A stretch of DNA of 64,000 bases from Acidobacteriota bacterium (GTDB taxonomy: Bacteria; Acidobacteriota; UBA6911). The notes under the pieces are model-generated. The model made no database searches. It saw nothing but the letters and a program-made list of their open reading frames with translations, and was not told where the DNA came from. The position numbers and the translations under genes are program-made. The stretch is taken from NCBI GenBank assembly GCA_963664705.1, contig OY761556.1, positions 5,408,001 through 5,472,000 of the forward strand, written 5' to 3'. Shown one piece after another: positions 60,524 through 64,000 of this stretch; within the stretch, counting starts at the first letter, position 1; each line of letters opens with the position of its first letter.

Positions 60524-63500
60524 ATGAGAAGCGGACTGTCCGGTAAGTTTCTCAGAACTTATTTGCCAGGCCTGTTAGTAATTTTGGTGCTGGCGAATAT
60601 GGCTGTGTTTGCGCAAGAGAGGTTTAGCTCTGTCGTCGGTGTTGTTTACGATTCATCCAAGGCAGTTTTGCCTGGTGCCGAAGTAACACTGACGAATTTG
60701 GAGACTAAGAGATCGTATACCACGACAACCGGATCTAACGGCGCTTATTACGCCAAGGATGTAGATCCTGGTCGTTATTCCGTCTCAGCTAAAAAGACGG
60801 GATTCTCAAAAGCCGAATATCCCGACGTTATCTTATTGTTGGGAAGAACCACTAACATGGATTTCACGTTAAAGGTGGGTGGCGTGAATGAAGAGGTCGT
60901 TGTTTCCGGCACTGTAGCCATGATTGATACGGAAACGACGGCGGTAACTCACAACGTCACATCCGAGGAATTCGACCTCATGCCGAAGACCCGGACATTC
61001 CAGAGCGTTGCTCTGACCTCACCTTCTGTAAACTCAGGCGATATCGAGGGTGGCATTCAAGTTAACGGCGCCAGCGGTGCAGAGAATCAATACACGGTCG
61101 ATGGAATTTCAACGACCAGTTTGATCGATGGGACCTCCCGCCAGAATGCGGCCTATGAGTACTTGCAGGAAGTTCAGGTAAAGACCTCCGGTCTTGAAGC
61201 TGAATACGGCGGTGCCCTTGGCGGCGTTATCAGTGCCGTAACCAAATCAGGCGGAAATGCCTTTCATGGTGAATTCCACTGGTACAATAGCGGTTCTCCA
61301 TTCAATGCAGTTCCCAACCTTCGTCTGACGGTGGATCCTAACGATGACCGAACGATCAAATATCTCCAGGATCAGAAGGTTACCGACCATGTCAACGAAG
61401 TTGGAGGATCGTTAGGCGGATATATCGTCAAAGACAAGCTGTTCTTCTTTACTTCGTTCGCTCCGACATTCCGAAATCAGGAATCTGCAATTGCGTTTAG
61501 CAATGGGACCAGTACCTTTACCAGCACAAGAAAAGCGTACGATCTGTTCAACAAGGTTTCGTGGGATGCAACGAAACGCATTCGAGCCAATTTTGCCTGG
61601 TTGTACACGCCGACCAAACGGACCGGCTTGCTTCCTGGCTACAATGCATTGTTGCCGAACACAAACACCAACGCGAGCAGTACCTATGATTCCAACCGCA
61701 CCCAGGGATGGTACATGCCGAAGAATAGCTATACGGCTACGCTCGACATGACCTTGTCCAATACTTCGTTATTGAGTTTAAAGGGCGGATATTTCTGGGA
61801 TAACTACAAGGATACCGGTGCTCCAAGTACTCCTCAACTCCGGTATAACCTGAGCGCGACGAATTTGCCTTTCACCATCCCGTCTAATTTGATTCAACCC
61901 ACGGGTTGGTTCAATGTGCCCCTTACCAACGTCTCCTATTTTGACATCACCTCGAGAGGCTATTTCCAGGCGGATTATTCCAAATCGTTCCGTCTGCTTG
62001 GAACGCACAACCTGAAGGGTGGCGCGGGCTTCCAGAAGAATGTCAACAAGGTGAACCTTGGATACCAGGGCGGCGGCTATAACGTTGCGATTTACTGGAA
62101 CGGCAGCTATACCAGCCCAACCCTCGGAAGCGGTCGTGGAACCTATGGTTACTACCGTGTCCGGCAGATTGGAACGGCAGGTTCCGCTGGTTCGACGATT
62201 GATAATCTCTACATTCAGGATCAGTGGAGAATTCATCCTCGTCTAACTTTGAGCTTAGGCCTCCGTACCGAGAAAGAAAACATCCCATCCTTCCGACGTG
62301 ACATCCAGGAATATGCGATGCAATTCGGTTGGGGAGATAAGCTGGCTCCTCGTTTAGGCGCGAGCTTTGATGTTTTCGGAAACGGCAAACTGAAGATTTT
62401 CGGAAGCTGGGGCCGTTTCTATGACTGGAGCAAGTATGAGCTGGTACGTGGTTCTTTCGGTGGCGACATCTGGAGAGAGTGGTACCATGCACTGGATACG
62501 ACCGACATCTATTCCCTCAGCATGACCAATATGCCGGGTGCCAACCTCTGGAGCACCACACCTGGATCCTACCGCGACTTCCGACTTCCAAGTTTCGGAG
62601 CTACGTCCATCGATCCTGATATCAAGCCCATGCGCCAGAACACGACGGTCATTGGTGGTGAGTATCAGTTCAATCCATCATCCGTATTGTCTGTCCATTA
62701 TGTCCATTCCATCCTGAATCGGACGATTGAAGACATTGGCCAGATTCTTGCCAATGGCGATACTGTTTATCCGTTGGGCAACCCGGGAGAAGGGGTTTTC
62801 GCCTTGGAGACGAACCATATCAGTTTGACTCCTGATTTCCCGATGCCCAAACCCAAACGGCAGTATGATGCGTTGGAAGTTTCTTTCAACCGCCGCTTTG
62901 CCAAGTCTTGGTTCTTGGGTGCGAACTACACGTACAGCCGTCTGTGGGGAAATTACTCCGGTATTTCCGATACGGATGAAATTGCTGTCAGTGGTTGGAC
63001 AACCTATCAGAGCGCAACAGGAAACGTTGCTCGTCCGGGAACCAACACGACGACCTACTACGATTCCGAAGCTTACCTTCTGGATGCAAAGGGTCGTTAC
63101 CTGGAAGGTCGTCTGGCGACAGACCGGCCGCATGTGTTCAAAGCCTATGGGTCTTACCAGTTTAAGTGGGGAACGGCGCTCAGCCTGAATTACTATGCCG
63201 GCAGCGGCACGCCGCTTACAACCACCCTGGAAGACATCTATTGGGATCCTATTATGGTGAATGGACGTGGCGATGCCGGCCGTACGCCTGCATTGACACA
63301 GACCGATCTCCTGGTGGCTCATGAATTCAAGATCAAAGAAGGAAAAACTTTGCGTTTCGAGTTCAACTTCATGAATCTTTTCAACCAGAAGACAGTTCGC
63401 CATACCGACAATCTGTTGAATCGTTTCCGTGAAGAATCATCCGAAATAGATCTGTCGGATGTAAATCTTCTGAAGGGATTCAACTGGCAGCAGTTGTTTT

Positions 63501-63652
63501 CACAAACAGCCTATGCACAGGATCCGTCAGTCACGACGGATAAGAATTCTTTGGATCCTATGAAGAATTTTGCGGTCAACCCCACCTATAAGAAGGCAGA
63601 CCTCTGGAACACCGGATTCTCCGGTCGCTTTGGTATCAAGTTCACGTTCTAG
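60524..63652 (+). CDS. TonB-dependent receptor, Oar-like, with carboxypeptidase regulatory-like N-domain
   Basis: Signal peptide; GVVYDSSKAVLPGAEV, ENQYTVDG, AEYGGALGGVISAVTKSGGN, YIQDQW, APRLGASFD and C-terminal FGIKFTF. ATG follows AAGGAGG. Confidence 0.93.
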   Translation: MRSGLSGKFLRTYLPGLLVILVLANMAVFAQERFSSVVGVVYDSSKAVLPGAEVTLTNLETKRSYTTTTGSNGAYYAKDVDPGRYSVSAKKTGFSKAEYPDVILLLGRTTNMDFTLKVGGVNEEVVVSGTVAMIDTETTAVTHNVTSEEFDLMPKTRTFQSVALTSPSVNSGDIEGGIQVNGASGAENQYTVDGISTTSLIDGTSRQNAAYEYLQEVQVKTSGLEAEYGGALGGVISAVTKSGGNAFHGEFHWYNSGSPFNAVPNLRLTVDPNDDRTIKYLQDQKVTDHVNEVGGSLGGYIVKDKLFFFTSFAPTFRNQESAIAFSNGTSTFTSTRKAYDLFNKVSWDATKRIRANFAWLYTPTKRTGLLPGYNALLPNTNTNASSTYDSNRTQGWYMPKNSYTATLDMTLSNTSLLSLKGGYFWDNYKDTGAPSTPQLRYNLSATNLPFTIPSNLIQPTGWFNVPLTNVSYFDITSRGYFQADYSKSFRLLGTHNLKGGAGFQKNVNKVNLGYQGGGYNVAIYWNGSYTSPTLGSGRGTYGYYRVRQIGTAGSAGSTIDNLYIQDQWRIHPRLTLSLGLRTEKENIPSFRRDIQEYAMQFGWGDKLAPRLGASFDVFGNGKLKIFGSWGRFYDWSKYELVRGSFGGDIWREWYHALDTTDIYSLSMTNMPGANLWSTTPGSYRDFRLPSFGATSIDPDIKPMRQNTTVIGGEYQFNPSSVLSVHYVHSILNRTIEDIGQILANGDTVYPLGNPGEGVFALETNHISLTPDFPMPKPKRQYDALEVSFNRRFAKSWFLGANYTYSRLWGNYSGISDTDEIAVSGWTTYQSATGNVARPGTNTTTYYDSEAYLLDAKGRYLEGRLATDRPHVFKAYGSYQFKWGTALSLNYYAGSGTPLTTTLEDIYWDPIMVNGRGDAGRTPALTQTDLLVAHEFKIKEGKTLRFEFNFMNLFNQKTVRHTDNLLNRFREESSEIDLSDVNLLKGFNWQQLFSQTAYAQDPSVTTDKNSLDPMKNFAVNPTYKKADLWNTGFSGRFGIKFTF

Positions 63653-63674
63653 GGATTACGCAATCTAGAAGGTC

Positions 63675-63711
63675 AAAGGGGGAAGCCTTCCAAGGCTTCC
63701 CCCTTTTTTTT
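63675..63711 (+). terminator. Rho-independent terminator
   Basis: AAAGGGGGAAGCCTT-CC-AAGGCTTCCCCC followed by a T8 tract. Confidence 0.92.
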
Positions 63712-63752
63712 GGTGCGCCCGGCAGGGCGCCGTTTCTTCCCGCCGATGGTGC

Positions 63753-64000
63753 TCAAATTGTGAAGGAAAAAGTCGCCGGGTCCTGCCGATAATAGAGTTT
63801 GAGCTGAGAATACAATTCCGGATGGACTGCCTGTAGTTCTGCCGGCCTCAGGAAGAAGGCCTCGGTCGCCACCGCAAAAAACTCCGCGGGACTGGAGGCG
63901 CCATATTTGTCGAGCACACTGGGTTTGTCCTGCTCCAGGGCATCCACCAATGATTCATACACGCTGCCGAGAATTCTCGCCCAATTGGAATAGCTCGCGC
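63753..64000 (-). CDS. MtfA-type (M90) zinc-dependent peptidase, 3' end (partial)
   Basis: The frame is open to the window edge: …WARILGSVYESL…LDKYGASSPAEFFAVATEAFF…HPELYSQLKLYYRQDP. Confidence 0.88.
   Translation of the reverse strand, partial: ASYSNWARILGSVYESLVDALEQDKPSVLDKYGASSPAEFFAVATEAFFLRPAELQAVHPELYSQLKLYYRQDPATFSFTI

Overview
A gene-dense, mostly housekeeping bacterial chromosomal segment. It most resembles an anaerobic or facultative Acidobacteriota genome; this is an inference from the Oar-type TonB receptor, a carboxypeptidase-regulatory-domain outer-membrane protein, many secreted TPR proteins, sigma54 signalling and Hdr-Flx. The window opens in the block that is usually origin-proximal: mnmE (3' end), mnmG, rsmG, two perfect parS sites, parA, parB and a bactofilin. 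It continues with MacAB-like and Opp/Dpp ATPase genes, eno, and a PDZ-sensor kinase / sigma54 regulator / TPR / outer-membrane barrel cluster with its own -24/-12 promoter. Next come assorted enzymes (amidohydrolase, ornithine-cyclodeaminase family, GNAT, DUF2156, DksA/TraR, PduO, LysR, PAP2, mtgA, thiC, hom, ettA) and a complete hdrCBA-flxDCBA cluster. The last third holds a STAND-like ATPase-wHTH-TPR protein, deoC, a Tat-signal QueG/RdhA-like protein divergent from a B12 radical SAM gene, a ~1 kb three-unit REPIN-like palindromic array, rpiB, tkt, M28 peptidases, a large TonB-dependent receptor and the 3' end of an MtfA-type peptidase. I saw no rRNA, tRNA, CRISPR array, transposase or integrase. 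All assignments come from recognising motifs by eye; no database search was run. The best leads are the PDZ-kinase/sigma54 envelope module, the Tat-exported cobamide Fe-S reductase-like protein, the REPIN array, a tandem duplication of the thiC Fe-S tail with only synonymous changes, the effector-less STAND-TPR locus and the parABS-bactofilin linkage.
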